Assembly (NCBI GenBank): GCA_043798215.1
Contig: JAZDOX010000038.1
Span: 5,659 to 69,658 of the forward strand
Direction: 5' to 3'
Source of the DNA: Candidatus Omnitrophota bacterium
GTDB taxonomy: Bacteria > Omnitrophota > Gorgyraeia > Pluralincolimonadales > Pluralincolimonadaceae
DNA length: 64,000 nt
The translations under genes were made by a program, and so were the position numbers. The notes below the pieces were generated by a model, which had not been told where the DNA came from, ran no database searches, and saw only the letters and a program-made list of their open reading frames with translations. Of this stretch, positions 1 to 15,000 are shown in pieces; position 1 is the first letter of the stretch, and each line of letters opens with the position of its first letter.

Positions 1-3000
1 TTTATCTATGAATTGCCTGGACAAATAAATGGTCTGTGTAACTTGGTCGGAATAGCCGAACGACCAGTTGTTCTCATCTTCAATTATAATGCCCGGCACA
101 GGCTTTCCATTCGCATCCGTAACATCAACGAGAACCACTTTGGCGGCTTTCAATATGTCAACCACATCTTTATATCCCATTCCCAGTAATTTAGCGAATG
201 TCTCGGAGACAAGGCCATTGTATAAATCAGGCTCGTTAAATCCGCTAACATTACCATCGTATATCGTTGTCTGCGGACTATTTTTACAAGCTTCAAGCAA
301 GTCATCTTCCTCTATGTTGCCAAGGCCTTTTTGGATGGACTGCCCAAGAAAAGACTTAAATTCAAGTTCTATTTCAGCTTCTGTCACCCCGATGGGGGTA
401 AATTCTATTAAATCGCTTTCAATATTATCGAGATCCTCCAACGTTATATCGTAAGGAAGCGCGCCCTCTTCTAAGCAATAGCGCAGTACTCTCCATTGTA
501 ACAATTTTAAGTCCTTTATCGTATTTCTCAAACAAAAGTAATATACCTCGGTATTGGTGCCACCGCCACATCTGAATCCTTTTTCTATCAAATCAACGAT
601 AATCGATTTTGCCGCCGAAGCAAAATCATACGCTTCTTGAATATCATCATATTCTGTAATTATCTCTAACGCGCTTGTGCGGGAATAACCAAGGTTGATT
701 ATACTCTCAAGCATATCTTTCTTAGCCACCGCCTTATCATAACAAAGATCCTCTGTGCCGCTTTCGTTTTTGCCGGTGTATTTAAGAATAAAATCTAAAA
801 GCTCCCGGGAAGCCGAAGTAACCGTGCCGGTGTCTGAGTATACGAAATTGCCCGCACTCGTCTTGATGGCGGCTATCCTTTGCAATTTTGCCTTTATATC
901 CAGCGCGCGATCCAAAGCTTCACTGCAAGACATTCTCGCCAGCATAAAGTTGGCGCAGGCTATATTGAATCCATATTCATTGATTAATTTGTCTCTGACC
1001 AAGAGGCGCTCTTGCGCAATGGCAATTGCTTTGCTAATCCTGTTCTTATTTATAATCCGGAATGCCTCAGAACGAGTTAATCCTAAATCCATTAACTGGC
1101 AAAGTAACGATTTACCGTCCCTTTGGGCTGCTTTAAGCTCATCTATAATATTGATAGAGTGTGAAGAATATAATTCTAAAGATTCCCTATAAGTAAAACC
1201 TTGCAATCCTAATCCCCTTATAATCTCATTGCTGCCGCCTTGTCTCAGGAACTCGATCAAAGCCTTATATCCCTTACCGGAATAGATAAATTCACATAAA
1301 TAAACGCTTACTTTTCCTGTCTTAACTTCTGGGGAATTTTCTATAAGATAGGCCACGTCGCGCGCTCTGCCCAATAAAACCTCTGGATTCCTAGCGCCAT
1401 TGTTAATTAAATTCTGCGCGAAAGAACCGCTGAATCCTATATCTTTTAATTCCCTGATCAGGGAATTAATTTCGCCAAATAACGCGATGGCGTCATTTTC
1501 CGTTATCACCCCGTACGAAATCAAAAGATCCTTCGCGTTGCCATCGCTTAGCATGTCTTTTCTTACACCCCTGGTTGCCTCTATATTTTTGAATACATTA
1601 TCAAGAACAGCCACAGTTTTCACCATATTATAGGAATAGAGGCAATTTATTATTTCATAGACGGCTATTCCAGTTTGAACCAAGCGATCAAATTCGTTCA
1701 CCGGGAAAATCGAAGAGATCAATCTTCTTCTATAAGAAGCGGGATTCTTGCACATTTCATCCGTTATTTTATTATTATAATAATCAACCAGCGTCTTAAG
1801 TCTTGCGCTCAACGCATTATAATCATAGTTGAAATTCTTGTTTAAAATATTCTCCTTCTCTTGCGCGGTTAAAACGCCTTTCTCTTTAAGAAAATCGAGG
1901 CCGCCGCTATAATATCGGACAAGCGCGTTTGCCATTAAGCCGCTCTCTTCCGCTGAAATTCCCGCTTCTTTAAAAGAACCTGTCAACGTTTCTTTTAATT
2001 GGACTTCCTGCCTTGATAAGCCGCCTCCTCTTATCCTGTAAACCCCATTATTTTCGTAGAGAACGGCCGCCATATCCTCAAGCGCGCCGCCGACGAATAC
2101 CTGATTTTCTCTCAATAATCTCCACATCGCTTCCTGAAGTTCCTGGATCTCGGGAATTGAACTGTAGAAGCAGGTAATAACGACGGGATTGCCATCTCCA
2201 TCAAGTAATGGATTTCCGTTGGAATCTTCAAGAATAACCTCTTGTTCTGTCATCGAGAGAGTTGAACGAATGGCATTAAGAGCGGTTTGCTGTGTCGAAG
2301 TTATTATTTCTAATCCTTCATAGCGCTCCAGCTCGGCTATTTGGGCTAGTGCTTCGTTGAGAATAAAGATGGCATAATTGTGGTCTGATTCGCTGTCATT
2401 TTGGTTTCTGGCGTTAACAGCGGCCTTCAGACTGGTTATGGCTCCGTCGCTTAAGACAGCGGAGGCATCATCAATGATAATTTCTCCTTCGAAAATTTGA
2501 TATACCGCGTCAAAAGCGATATGCTCGGCTTCGTGGCAGAAAGCGGCTTCTTGTTCATTCATCGATAAGTCCTTTGATATTAAGATCAAAGAGCCTATCT
2601 TTAAGGCGCGGGCAGGGATTAAATCTCCGGCTTTGTAACCGCTTGGTATTGTATCTGTCGCCTCGTATACGCCAAAGGTGTCTATGCCTAACGCCTTTTG
2701 TATCTTTTCTATTACGCTCTGCGAAACAAGCGAAACTCCGGCGTTAAACTGTCCGCCTAAATCTACGATGGTATTCTCAGTCTCAACCAATTCCCTTAAA
2801 CGAACAACCGCCACGGTTAATTCTTCGGAGCCGCTGGGGGCGATCTCGATATCGCGGATGCGGGCGTCTAACTCGTCGGCAAACGAGCATCCGGCATTTA
2901 TTATCGGCTCGTGAGAATCCTGACTCTGCGCGGCATCTCCGATCTGTTCAACGGTAGACGCTTCCTTCTTGGTCAAAACGATCATATTTTCGATGAGATT

Positions 3001-6000
3001 AAAACCATCAAAGTCCCCTGCCACCTTAACTTCGCCAAGGATAGCGGGCAAGACATCTTTATCTTCATCGAAAAGATATCCGAATTTAGAAGCTTTTATG
3101 GCGGCGATCGCCAAATTCATAACCGAATCCGACATAAATGTGTCGAAAGCGATTACCAGGCTGCCGTTTGGAACCAAGCTGTCGTAGACGGCATTGAGCT
3201 CCTTAACCGCGCAATCCATATTATAGAAAAGAGTCGGATCGACTATAACCGCTATGTCTACGGTATTGGGCCTATCGGCAAAGTAAGCGGCGTTTATGTT
3301 CTGTTTGAGGGTGTCAACCATCTCGAAGCTAATATCCTCAAGCCCAAACAAATCCCTGTTTTCTTTTGCCTCCACCAAAAATTCAAGATTAACATCTATT
3401 CCTTTTATCGCAACCGTCTGGCCTGTGGCTTCTTGAAGGCCTCTTTGAAGCGCTAAAGCGTATGAGCAAGAACCGCAATTAACAGCCACAGCGTTAAGTC
3501 CCTCTTTGGCGGAATAATCTATCCTTGCGCTTCTGAGGGCATAATTAATATTCTCGGCAAATTTAGTGTCCTTCGCATATTGGTCTATTAACATTTGGGC
3601 CTGTTCTTTTATATCGCCTGTCTGCGCCAACACGAATTCTGCGTAATAATTTTCATATCCGGGGCTGCTTAAGAGATTGTATTTGGTCAGGCCTGCGGCA
3701 AGGCTGTCATCCAAAATCATTAACTGCTTTGCAACCTCATCTTTTAAGGCGCGGTTATCGGTTATCCAGTTGGGCAGATAAGAGACAACGATTGGGATTG
3801 CTTCATTGCCGCTCGCAATGCCGCCGGCGGCGTCATTTTGCCAGATGTGATAATAATACTGCTCATCAAAAGACAAATCGGGCTGCGCAATAAATCTTTT
3901 CTCGACTATACCTTCCGAGGCAATTAAAAGATGTGAACGATTTAATTCCGCGGCTCTGTCGTAATAACTAATGTTAGGCGTTAGATCTTTTAATCTCTCT
4001 TTAATCTCGCCAAGATTCGTTGAGGATAGGAAATTGCTGTTGTAAAATAGTGCGGCTTCTTTTACTTTTATACCTAATCTGTCTATTTCAGTATCGCAGA
4101 TATGCTTTATAGAATTGTGACCGTCCATATCATTGACATGGATCAGGACGTAAACATTCTTCCCATCTCTTTCACCCCTAATGATAACCCCGGAGCAGCT
4201 GGATAACTCTAAGATAACCGCAGCCTCGCCTTCCGGTATCTCGGCAACCATGAAATGATCAGTAGGAACATTTATCCTTCCACATATGGGCTCTTCGAAA
4301 CTGATCGTACGTTCAGTAAAGCGCGGGGTTGGCATATTGCTTTCCGATATCTCATAAGTTGTATATTCACTCTTTGTAACCTCTAATAAACCCGACAAAG
4401 TCCAACGTTCATAACTTGTTACCGCCTTTCTTAATTGCGCCTTAAAATCGGTGGTTGTTGCCGGCGAGACTGCGGCCAGCATATCTGAAACATCTACAGT
4501 TATATTTACTATATTATAATAAACGGTTTCGGTCGCGAAATCATCAACCGCCGCGCAAACACACCATCGGTATCCTAATTCGCTCTTATCCAGCGCTCCT
4601 TCTATAGAGAAATCTCCAAATTGCACTAACACTATATCATCGGGCGAATATTTCTCGTAAATCTCATTTAAGCTCTCGCCGTAATAATAACCGGTTACAA
4701 CATCCTTGCCGTCGATGGTCTTTATTACCCCGTAGGCGAAAGACAAAGGTATCTCCAACATAATTTCATTGGCGGCGCAAAGAGCGATATTGAACAAGTC
4801 CGTCTCGGCCTTCTTTGTTGTATATAACTGGCCATTCTGGTGGGTTATTACGCTGGATAAGCTGTCTGCGCTTAAGGGGTTGACGCCTTTAGGTTCTTCA
4901 AAAGACTTAAATGAGTCGCTGGAAGTTTCTCCGATGGCTATTGATTCATCCGACACATACGACCTTACTATCTCAACAGCGGTTGCGGTGGTAGAAACTA
5001 TGCTGTAGGATTCTACGCCGGCAGAAACCAAAGCGGATTCGCCCTTGGCCAACGTAATAGTCGGCTTGCCTGTTGCCCTTAATTCAACGGTTCCGCTTAA
5101 GACAGTGATTATCTGGAACTTCTCGTTCGTCTGCTGGTTAGAGAGAGTTGACATACCGGCCATATCTATCTTATCGACCTTAAAGAACTCGCAATCAACC
5201 AAAGTCTTTATCTCCGGCTGCGAAGTAACTTGAGGCGTCCTTATGAAGTCGTCTTTGGTCGTCTTTCTGAAATCAAGGACGTCCATACATTGGCTTATAT
5301 GAAGCTGTCTCTTTGGAAGCCTGTTCCAGTCCCATGCCCTGTAAGTGATACCGCTTGACTGTTGGATTTCGGCTATTCTGCATCCAGAGCCTATGGCGTG
5401 AATAGTAGTGGAAGGAATATAATACATCTCTCCTTTGGTAACCACGAATTTATTTAGATATTTATCGGCTATATCGATATTGCCGGCGTCTAAGTCTTTT
5501 CTAAATTCATCTCTTCTGTCTATTCCAAGCTCAGGATTATACACCTCTTCCTTAAAACCAAGATACAGAACGCTTCCAGGATCGGCGTCCAGAACATACC
5601 AACATTCGGTTTTGCCCAAATCGCCTTCCTTCTTGGCGTATTCATCATCTGGATGGACCTGAACAGAGAGGTTCTCGCTTGCATCCAAGAACTTAACGAG
5701 GATTGGATTCTCGCCATCGGTTATGTCGTTGATATCTTCGCCCATAATATCTTCACCTGCTATCTTTAACAGGGCGGGTATGGATATCGTAACGCCGCTT
5801 GTGGGTAAAACAACCTGGCTTGGGCTGTCCTTATGTCCGGACACTTCCCAGGACTCGCCTATCTTCTTATTGTCATAGCCGGAGAGGCCTTTCAGCGCGG
5901 CTATGAAATCTCCGCCCCAGGGCTTTTCGACCAAGTTATCCGTCTTCGGCTTTATTATCTGGCTCTTTAATGTGTTTATATCGGTAACAGCGTTATTGTA

Positions 6001-9000
6001 TTGGGTAATATACTCTTGTTTTTTGGCCGCTATCTGGGCAAGAGTAGCTGTCTGCATATTCGTCGCTATCTGGCCAAAGGAATACTGGTTGCCATATTCG
6101 GTCAAAACAACGTCCCAGTCTTTCTTTCCGTCGCGGGCTATATTGGTCTTCATACGGCATCTGCCGTTTACCGGATCATAGACATCGGTTAGAGCCTCGC
6201 CTTGCTTGAGGCTCATATAACCGGCCTCGACCACGTTATAGGCTATAGCATTCTGGGCGTCTAAACGAATTATCTTGGAGCCTATGACAATACAGTTCTC
6301 GACGTTCAATTCTTCGGCTGTTACCCCTATTAAGATACTGTTTACTATCTTGCCGCGTTTTATGTTGCAATCTCTCATAACAGAACCTGAAATAGTAACT
6401 TCCTGAGTTAGGGTGTTTGTCCCATCAACCCATCTATCGTCGGCAACTCCATAGAATTCTCTCATTGCCTTTCCTTCGGCGGAATCTTCCAAAAGCTTCA
6501 TATTGTTCTGATAATAGAGGTTTACCTGGCCGTAGTCCCACCAAAAGCTTCCATTTCCGACGTCTTTGTAGCCGAAGAGCCTCTTATCGGGAGACTGGGT
6601 CTCCAGATAATCTTTTACTTCTTTTGCCTTGCCCGATACACCCGAAGAAGTCCATTTTTGGTAGAGATCGGGATCTGTGTCGAGCTTTTCTTTCTTAGCA
6701 GTAAGTTCGGGATTAAAAACATCGAGAAGTTTATCAAGCGCCACTTTATCCCACGAGAAAGAACCCAAACTCTTTCCAGCCACTCTCTTGTCTTCCTCAT
6801 TTGGCGCAACCAACTCTACAGCCTGGTCATAAGGCGTCTTTTCTCTCAATTGAGCAACATCGTTGTTAGCGCCCAGAATAATCAGGCCGTAATCCTTAAA
6901 ACTCTCATCTAATTCAGCCTCTACTGCCAAAATTTCCACGTGGTGTTCCCCGTCGAAGCTAACATCGGCATTAGGTATAAAGACTTGATCTCCCCAGAAG
7001 ACGCAAAGCCTTCCATCACGGGTATCGGCAAATAGGCCGGTCTGATATATTACTTCCTCAAGAATGGTTACCGGTTCCTTTACCCCGCCAACATCAACCA
7101 ACTGGGGAGCTTTTATCGCCGGCTTGTTGTTGCCCTCGGCGCCCGGAAGAGGAGCCATCCTTGTCCCTTTACCTGCGGTGTGATACATTGCTATCTTCTT
7201 ACCCGCGGCTAACTCGGCCCCCAAATCTATCGAAGAAGCCATAGCCTTTAATTCAGCGTTGTTCCAGGCGTTTAGGCTACCCAATAGATTGCCCGCCCCG
7301 CCTGATGCCCAATCCGCTTCAGAGACCGAAAGAATGACCGCGCCGCTCTTGGTTACCTGACTGCGAGTAGCCTCAAGGCGGGCCTGCCAGTAATTGGCCT
7401 GGTCTTCTGTTGGAGAAACAACAATGATGTAATCGAAACCTTTATTTTGCTCTACAGCTTCCTTCATCTTATTGATAGAACGTTTGTGCTCGACTATCGA
7501 GGAAGTATCCTTTGAAAGCTCACATGTTTCCGCCATAAACGAAGCAAGAATCTTTTTCTTTAGCTTATCCGCCATATCGAATTTGCTACTGGCAGTGTCT
7601 AAATAAAATGCGGGATAGCCTGCGGTGGCAAGAATATTTATGATGAAATCCTCGATATTTAGCTTCAAGGTATTATCAATCCCGCCTTCTATCCTTCCCG
7701 TTGAAGCCAAACTCTGCAATGTCAAAGCCATAGATTCAAGGTAAAAAACGGGGGTATCCTGCAATCCTTCAAAATTATAGGTTGAAAGCAATTCCGTTCC
7801 ACCGGAGACGCTTTGCTTAATGGCCGCCGCAAGGACATTTATTTCGTTTACCAGCGCGGCTTTCATAAGCGTGTCGGAAACGATATCCAGAAAATCTTTA
7901 ACATCGTAGAGAAACAGAGGGTCGGTGGTTTCTTTAGCCGCCACAGCTTTAAGCGTTATCGCCATATTTTTAATGCGGGCGATCATCTTTATTCTCTTAT
8001 CTGCCTTAACAAGATAATCCGGTTCTTCTCCCGCCGCGCCGATCAATATTTCAGGCATAAGCACGAGAAAATCCGTCATCGTCAAATTCTCGCTAAGATA
8101 TAGAATCCCGTTTAAACGGTAATACGATCCGTTATTGGATAGAACCTTAACAAAGCCATCTTCGACAATCTCTACCCCTTCGTTTGTTCCTGTTGCCGCC
8201 GTCATCAGCGCAGCCACAAGCTTTGAGTTATCGTCGATATCTTTTAATTGCAAATCGAATATGTTATTAGCCGAAGCCATAACAACAAATTGCTCATAGC
8301 CGCTCATAGTCTCGGAAATACTCTTATCAAGTGCGCTGTCGTCGGCGGAGGTATGAATGCCGGCTCCGGTGTTACAGGGTTCAATGACGCCTTTCTCGAC
8401 AATATTTCCCTGTAGATGTCCTTCATATCCGGGTATGGTAAGCTCGGCGCCTTCGTGAGCGATAAGAGCTTTTATCTCATCTATCTTATTTTGGGCAATC
8501 AATCTGTCCATAAAATACTTCGAAAGAACTACTATCTTTTCCCCTGTGCCGCTGTCAACATAGGAATAGGCAACGCAATATTTATCCCTGTTTTCCACAT
8601 ATATCGCGGGGGCCTTATTCCAAGTCTCCATAACCTCAATACGAGAACCCTGGAGTGTGTTGGCAGTATTTCTGAATGTCGCAGCTTTTGTAACATCGCT
8701 TATCAAATCGAGATCATCGGCTATCTTATTTAAATCTGCGATTGAAGCGCCGGCTATATCGCCGTAGAATGAACTTGCGCTGGTTCCATTTTGCCAAACG
8801 GTCTTTATCTTTCCTGCCTGCCTTGCCAGCGCTATCTCCACTTCAACTGTTTCGTTTGCGACATTCTCGCCTTTCTGGCCGCCCTGGGTTAAGTCAACGT
8901 TTTCCTTAGACCACTCTTTTGCCTCATCCAAAGGTTTGGCGTCCGTTGCGGATTTATCGTCAATGCCTTTGTTGTAATTCCAGTATAAAGCTCCATCGCC

Positions 9001-12000
9001 ACCCGATGTCTTGGTTGAATTCAAGTTATCTGTCAGCGATTTAGAGGTGTTGGCCGTCTGAAATTCCTCGAGCATCCAGGCTTTACCCGCTGGAACATTG
9101 GATACAAGACCGCTTAAATTTCCCATCCAGTCGTAATAATGCAGGGCGCAGTAATCAAGTTTAGACTGCGCGCCGCTTAAAACGCTTATGTGTTTCGCCG
9201 ATACGCCGGCGGTAATCAGAATATTTTTATTTACGGTTTTTATGACATCGGCGCAGGCATTTATAAATTCGCTTATGTCCGAGCGGCTTATAGGCGAAGA
9301 CGCTTTATAGGCGTCGTTGACAAATTCCCACCCGCCGCCTTCCACAGACTTAATAAGCCATTCCGGCTCGTTAATTATGTCTATCGTCATAAGATTCGGA
9401 TGATTTCCGAAGTCGCTCATAAACGGTTTTAGGAAATTATCGAAGAATTCTTGCCTCTTTTCCACATCGGTAAAGATGGCCGAATAGCCGCCCAACTGCT
9501 CTCCGTTTTCTATTTTAGCCTTATTGGCTATGTGAAAATCAACAAGCGTAAATTCTATTCTTATTCCGAACTCCGCAGCGATATCAAGAAGAACTCTAAT
9601 ATCTGTCTTGAATTGTGTGTTGTATCCGATTATATTTCCGGCGGCGTCGAATAGACTAATACCGTTATCCAATAATCCCATACGCACAAGGCTTATATTG
9701 TGGTCTTTCATATCCTTGAATTGCGCGCGCACAATATCGCTATGTTTGGATACGCCATTTCCTGCCCCGCCAAACCAGTCTGTGGTTCCGAAATTTTGTC
9801 CATAGGAAGAGTTTCCTTGAGAGCCTCTGTAATTTGTGCCCACAAAGAACCTCTGCTCGCCTTCCACGTAGAAGTTGCCGTCTTTGACTTCAACCGGCGC
9901 AAGGCGGCCGGCGGTTTGAAATTTTTCCGCCATTTTTTGGACTTCTTCTGTCTTCTTCTCAAGGTCAACCTTTTCATTATGGGCAGCAACGATATTTTCC
10001 ATCTCAGGGGCGACAACGCCTTCTATCTTTTCCGCCGGCGTTGTAACTTCAGCTATTGAGGGCGCGGGTTCTTTGGCAATATCGGCCTTTCTTCCGGCAA
10101 GTTTAGTTCTTGCAAATTCCGCGAAGGTCCCGTCGGTTGTATTCTCGAATCCGGCTAAATTAATAACCAATACATCCGCCTGCATCCACACCTTCTGGCT
10201 GTTTTCGTCGAAAACAATCCTGAACTTAACCCCGGAGTTCGTAAGATCGGTGTGATATTTGGAATAGACCCTGCCGCCGCTCACAACCTTTCCATCCCCT
10301 ATCACTTCATCCAAAACGTCTATCACTGCTGTAGCGCTGAAAATATCGGTTACGCTACGATCTACCTCGACACTAAAACCCTTGCCTTCGAATTGGCTCG
10401 TAAAATTCCTTATCTTCTCTGAATCGGTCAATCTGAGTATTTCATCTTCTATAGCATTCTTTATGGAATCTATGCTTTGCTCAAGGACGTCTTCGTTTAT
10501 AACATCCTCTAAGTTATCTTCCAGATACTTAAGCATCGCCTGTTTCTTCTCCTCAAGCTCGGCGTCGTCTTTGGCTCCCGTGTCAAGATAGACCTTGAGC
10601 TCCTCAACGTAAGCATTCCAGAGAACTTCTACTACGGCAATCTTATCCTCTAATTCTTTTACTCTGGCATCAACGTCTATAGTCGCGTAATTTATGCCTT
10701 TCTCCGAATCATAACCAAGCGTCTTTTGCTGTTCGAGCAATGTTCTCAACGCAGACTTCCCGCGGCATATAATCTCAAGCCACATAGCGCGTTCGCCGTC
10801 AATGTTGTATTTCTCGGCGCGCAAATCCCAGTAATCGGCTTCGGTTTCGTATTTGGCTTTAACTAACTCTATCGCGTTTTTAATCATAACGGTTATTTCG
10901 TCAACGCAAGCCGCGAGAGATTTAATAGACGGATTATTTGGATTCTTGAGCTGATAATTGGCCGCGGAATTCCACGAATTCGTAAACCCTCCGGCGGCGC
11001 CGGAATTCTCAAATGACGAAAATGTTGCCGTATCTGGATGCTCCACAATAAACGGCATATCTTTAGGCGCGTTTGTTAACGGATTTTCGCCGGTCCGCGA
11101 TTTAACGATGATGAAATTGATGTTATTTATGCCGCCGGTATATTTCAATTCGCCGGCCAAACCCGCCTTTTGCGAAGACAGGCTGACACCTGCCAATTTT
11201 CCGGTTAGGCCTCTGTTAACAATAGGTTGAACGCATTTATCCAGAAAAGATCTAACCTGCTCTAATATAAACGCGTTTGACTGGCTGCTTCCTCCTCCTT
11301 CATCCTTCGCTATAATCTGATCAACGTTGTCAATAAGGACAACCCCCATAAAGGCATCATGATTTATATAATTCTCGACAAAACTATTCCAGAAATTATT
11401 AAAGAAAGCGTCCCCGCTTCCTCCCCTGACTATCTCTGAAAATCCGGCAGCGCCTAAACTATTCTCGTCCAGCAGCGTAAACATAACCTTAATATTGTGT
11501 TTTTTGGCCAAGTCGAGAAGATTCCTCACGTCGGACCTGAAAGTCTCAAGCCAATTAATCACTTTTATCTCGCCGTTTTCGTAACGACCGAACATTGCGC
11601 TTCCATCGCCTAATAAATTCATCGAGATCGCGCGGACGCCATTTTGAGCCATTCTTCCAAGAGCCGCGTCAACTCTTGTAAGATTGGCGGTTATGCCGTT
11701 TGCGGCATCTCCAAAATTCGTTTGGGCCGAACCGAATGCTTGGCCGGTTGTTGCGTCAATAAAGGTGTTTGAACTGGTTCCGCGGACGTTCCATATCTGG
11801 TCATCAAGATATATGTCCGCGCCTTTTACAGTTACGACGCCTGTGCTGGAAACCTTTTGCGCTTCTAACTGATGTAACCGCTGTTTCAATTCATTTGCCG
11901 TAGCGGAAATTTTCGCTTCCAACTCGGCGGCTAAATTAGCCGCCGCTGTCTTGGCATTCTCTTTCAGGAATTCATTGGCGTCTTCAAGTTCGTAGATGTA

Positions 12001-15000
12001 GTTCTTGAAAATACCCTCATAAAGAGGGCCGAGGCCGGAAACAGGCTTAGTAGAGATATCCGCATTGGCACAGAGATTCTTTATATTTTCCGGCATCGCG
12101 TCTAAATCAGCGGCTCTCTTCTGATTTTCTATCTCGGCAATAAGTTCGTTCGAGCGCTGTAAATAGCGTTCTTCGGAGATTTCATTTCGCTCAAAACTGA
12201 AATAAACCTCGTTTAATTGCAATCTCGCATTGGCCATTCTTATTGCGGCCTCATTCGCCCTTTGGACCCTCTCCGCGGCATCATAGATAGCGTTTATGCG
12301 GGTATATTTTTCGTTATTCAAGGAGTTTAATTCCGCCCAGAGAATTCTTGTTGTTTCATCTTCAGTTCTATAAATTCTGTCGCCGGTAGAAGTCAATATA
12401 TCCTTTAACTCCTCCTCTTCCTGCTCTAATTGCGTCTTGGTCGTCTCGATTTTAGCTTCTGCTTCCAGGAACCGGCTGTCTATATCGGTAATTGCCGCTT
12501 TTGTCCCGGATATCATCGAGAGTATCGAGTCGGCTACTATCTCATTGGCCTTAGACTCGGGAAAATTGGCGAAGGTTTTAGCCGATATTTCACCAAGATC
12601 AAGCAAGGAACCTGCCATAACGTTGCGATAATCCTGCCAAGCGGCGGCATTCTCTTCTTCTTTCAGCTCAACTTCCATTGCCGCTTTTTCATAATCTCTG
12701 CCTGTTTGCGCTATCTTTTCGTCAAGGCGCGCCAACTCTGCTTTGTCGATCGTTAATTGCGCCTCCGTATCGGAAAGGATCTTCTGCTGCTCGGCCGCGG
12801 TTAAAGCGGCGCTATCCAAACATTGCTGATAATAGGCCATAACCTCCTCAGTCTGGACAAGCTGCCCCTGCGCGCGGCTGCAATAACGGCCGGATTGATA
12901 AAAATTTTCGGACGCTATTAATAATTGCAGCTTAAGATACGACAACTGTTTTAAGAGGCCGTCGGGATAACGCCGTATCTTGTCGCCAAGTATGGCCGGA
13001 ACGGGAGAATCCCTGCGAGGCGTAACCGTTCTCCCATTGCCTAATAATTCCTGCAACGCCTTAACTTTCATTAGATATATTTGGAATTCTCCGCCAAAAT
13101 CCTGTTCTCTATATTTTTCACGCAAAGTGACAGGATCGAGCTCGGCCAATTTAACATCTATAAAATCAACCGCTTCGTCTATCTGTTGTTTTATCTCCTC
13201 AAGCCAAACCGCGTTCTTCTTCTGGTTCTTATTGGCTATCTCTATATCTATCTTACAAGACTCTGCAACCCCTGCGATATAGGTCATCTCATTCTGTATT
13301 CTTGCTTTTAACGCGGCGGTGTCGCCTACAGCCCAGCCTATCAGATATTCCCTGAAATCCTCAAGCCGCTTAATTCTTTCTTCAACCTTAATCTTTTCCT
13401 TTCCCGCTTCAATGGCTTCTTCGGCGGCCTTCTCTTTGGCAACAATCGCCTGCCCGAGAGCCTCATCGCTCTCTCTGACATAGTTCTCCTTGACTACCAG
13501 CGATTGAGTCCGCTTCATAGTGTCTTCCTTCGTAGGCGCGAAAAGATTATTGAAATAATTAAGGAACTCGGTCTTCCAGCCGATTATTGTGGCTATAGTT
13601 CCGATAATAATGGCCCACGCAACAGGGCCGAGCATCCCTTTCTCGAACCATTTCTTGAAATAGTCGCCCACCTCGGAGAAGGCTATATCGGTGCCTGGTA
13701 TTCTCGTATAACCAACTTTGACCGTAAGGCCTGTATGGGCGGTCTTGTTCCACCAGGAACCTCTTCCTGTCGTTAACTCCGCTATAGCATGCATAACAGC
13801 CGGTATGTGGAAAGTTAAATATAGAGGAGTCCCGAGATTCGCGGTAAAGAGGCGCCATTTCATACCGCGCACAGCCTCGCTCTCATATTGAGTGTTAATT
13901 ACTAACCTTACAGTGTCCCATACCACCGCTCCAAGCAGGCCTGCTGATAGCGTTACTAAAGGCCCTGCGGATAAGAGGGCTGCGGCTGCGGCAGGCAAAG
14001 CTGTAAGGATAGCAAAAGACTTTATCTTTGATGAAGCGGCTGAGCCTGACTCTAACTGGCCGATATATTGCTCAGTCCTTCTTATTTCATTCTGGCAGGA
14101 TAGCCTAAGACGTTCGCCGTCGGCGCGCGCCTTCGCCAAACTCGCTTGCCCCTCTTCTAATCTTCCTTGGGCTATCAATTCATAAGCGTTGTCAAATTGG
14201 AATCTCTTCGGGTTCTTCTTATCGTAGAATTGTTTTATAATTCTGTCGTAGTAAACGTCTCTAGCCACTTGTGAATCTGGGAGGTCTTGTCCAAACTCTC
14301 TTATCTCATCGAGAGCGGCACTCATATCCCTCATAGATTTATCAAAAAGGAACTCATCGTTGGCTCCGGGAGACAAGATAGATATTTCGGTAAGTAGTGT
14401 CTGTATGAGTATCGGGGCAAGGACTAAGCTTAACCCGGCTATAGTCGGATTAAGGCCTAACATCTTAAACCAGCTGAATAGATACTCATAGCCCTGGACT
14501 ATACCGAATAAGCTTAAACCCTGTTTTATCGCAAATCCCAGACCATACAGCATAGTCACAATAGTGGTTGCCATCTGGAATATAGAAGACGATCCGCCGC
14601 CGCCCAAGATAAGCATATAATTGAATATACCGGTTATCCCGACTGTCTTATAGGCTTCCATAATATTTCCGCCGCGGGTATAGACAAGAAGTGTCTGCAG
14701 ATAACCCTTTGTCCAGCGGGATCTTTGGCCGGCCATACGCCCGCCGACATATTCATCTATCGCCTCTTCGCCGGTTACAGTGTTTGCTACCGTAGTTCTG
14801 TATCCTTGGAAGAATATCTGCATGCCAAGGTTGCAGTCTTCGGTTACATTATATCCGTCCCATCCGCCTAATTTCCTCAATGTCTTCACATAAAAGAAGT
14901 TGGAGGTTCCGCCTAACGGAACAAGCGTTCTCTTAGTTATAAAACCAGGCAAGACTAACTTAAACCAGCTCTCGTAATCTCCAACAAAACCTCTGGCGTT

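Noticed and set aside
4500-4800. Possible JAB/MPN-like domain after the PMI
   Set aside because: No HxH/D metal ligands visible.
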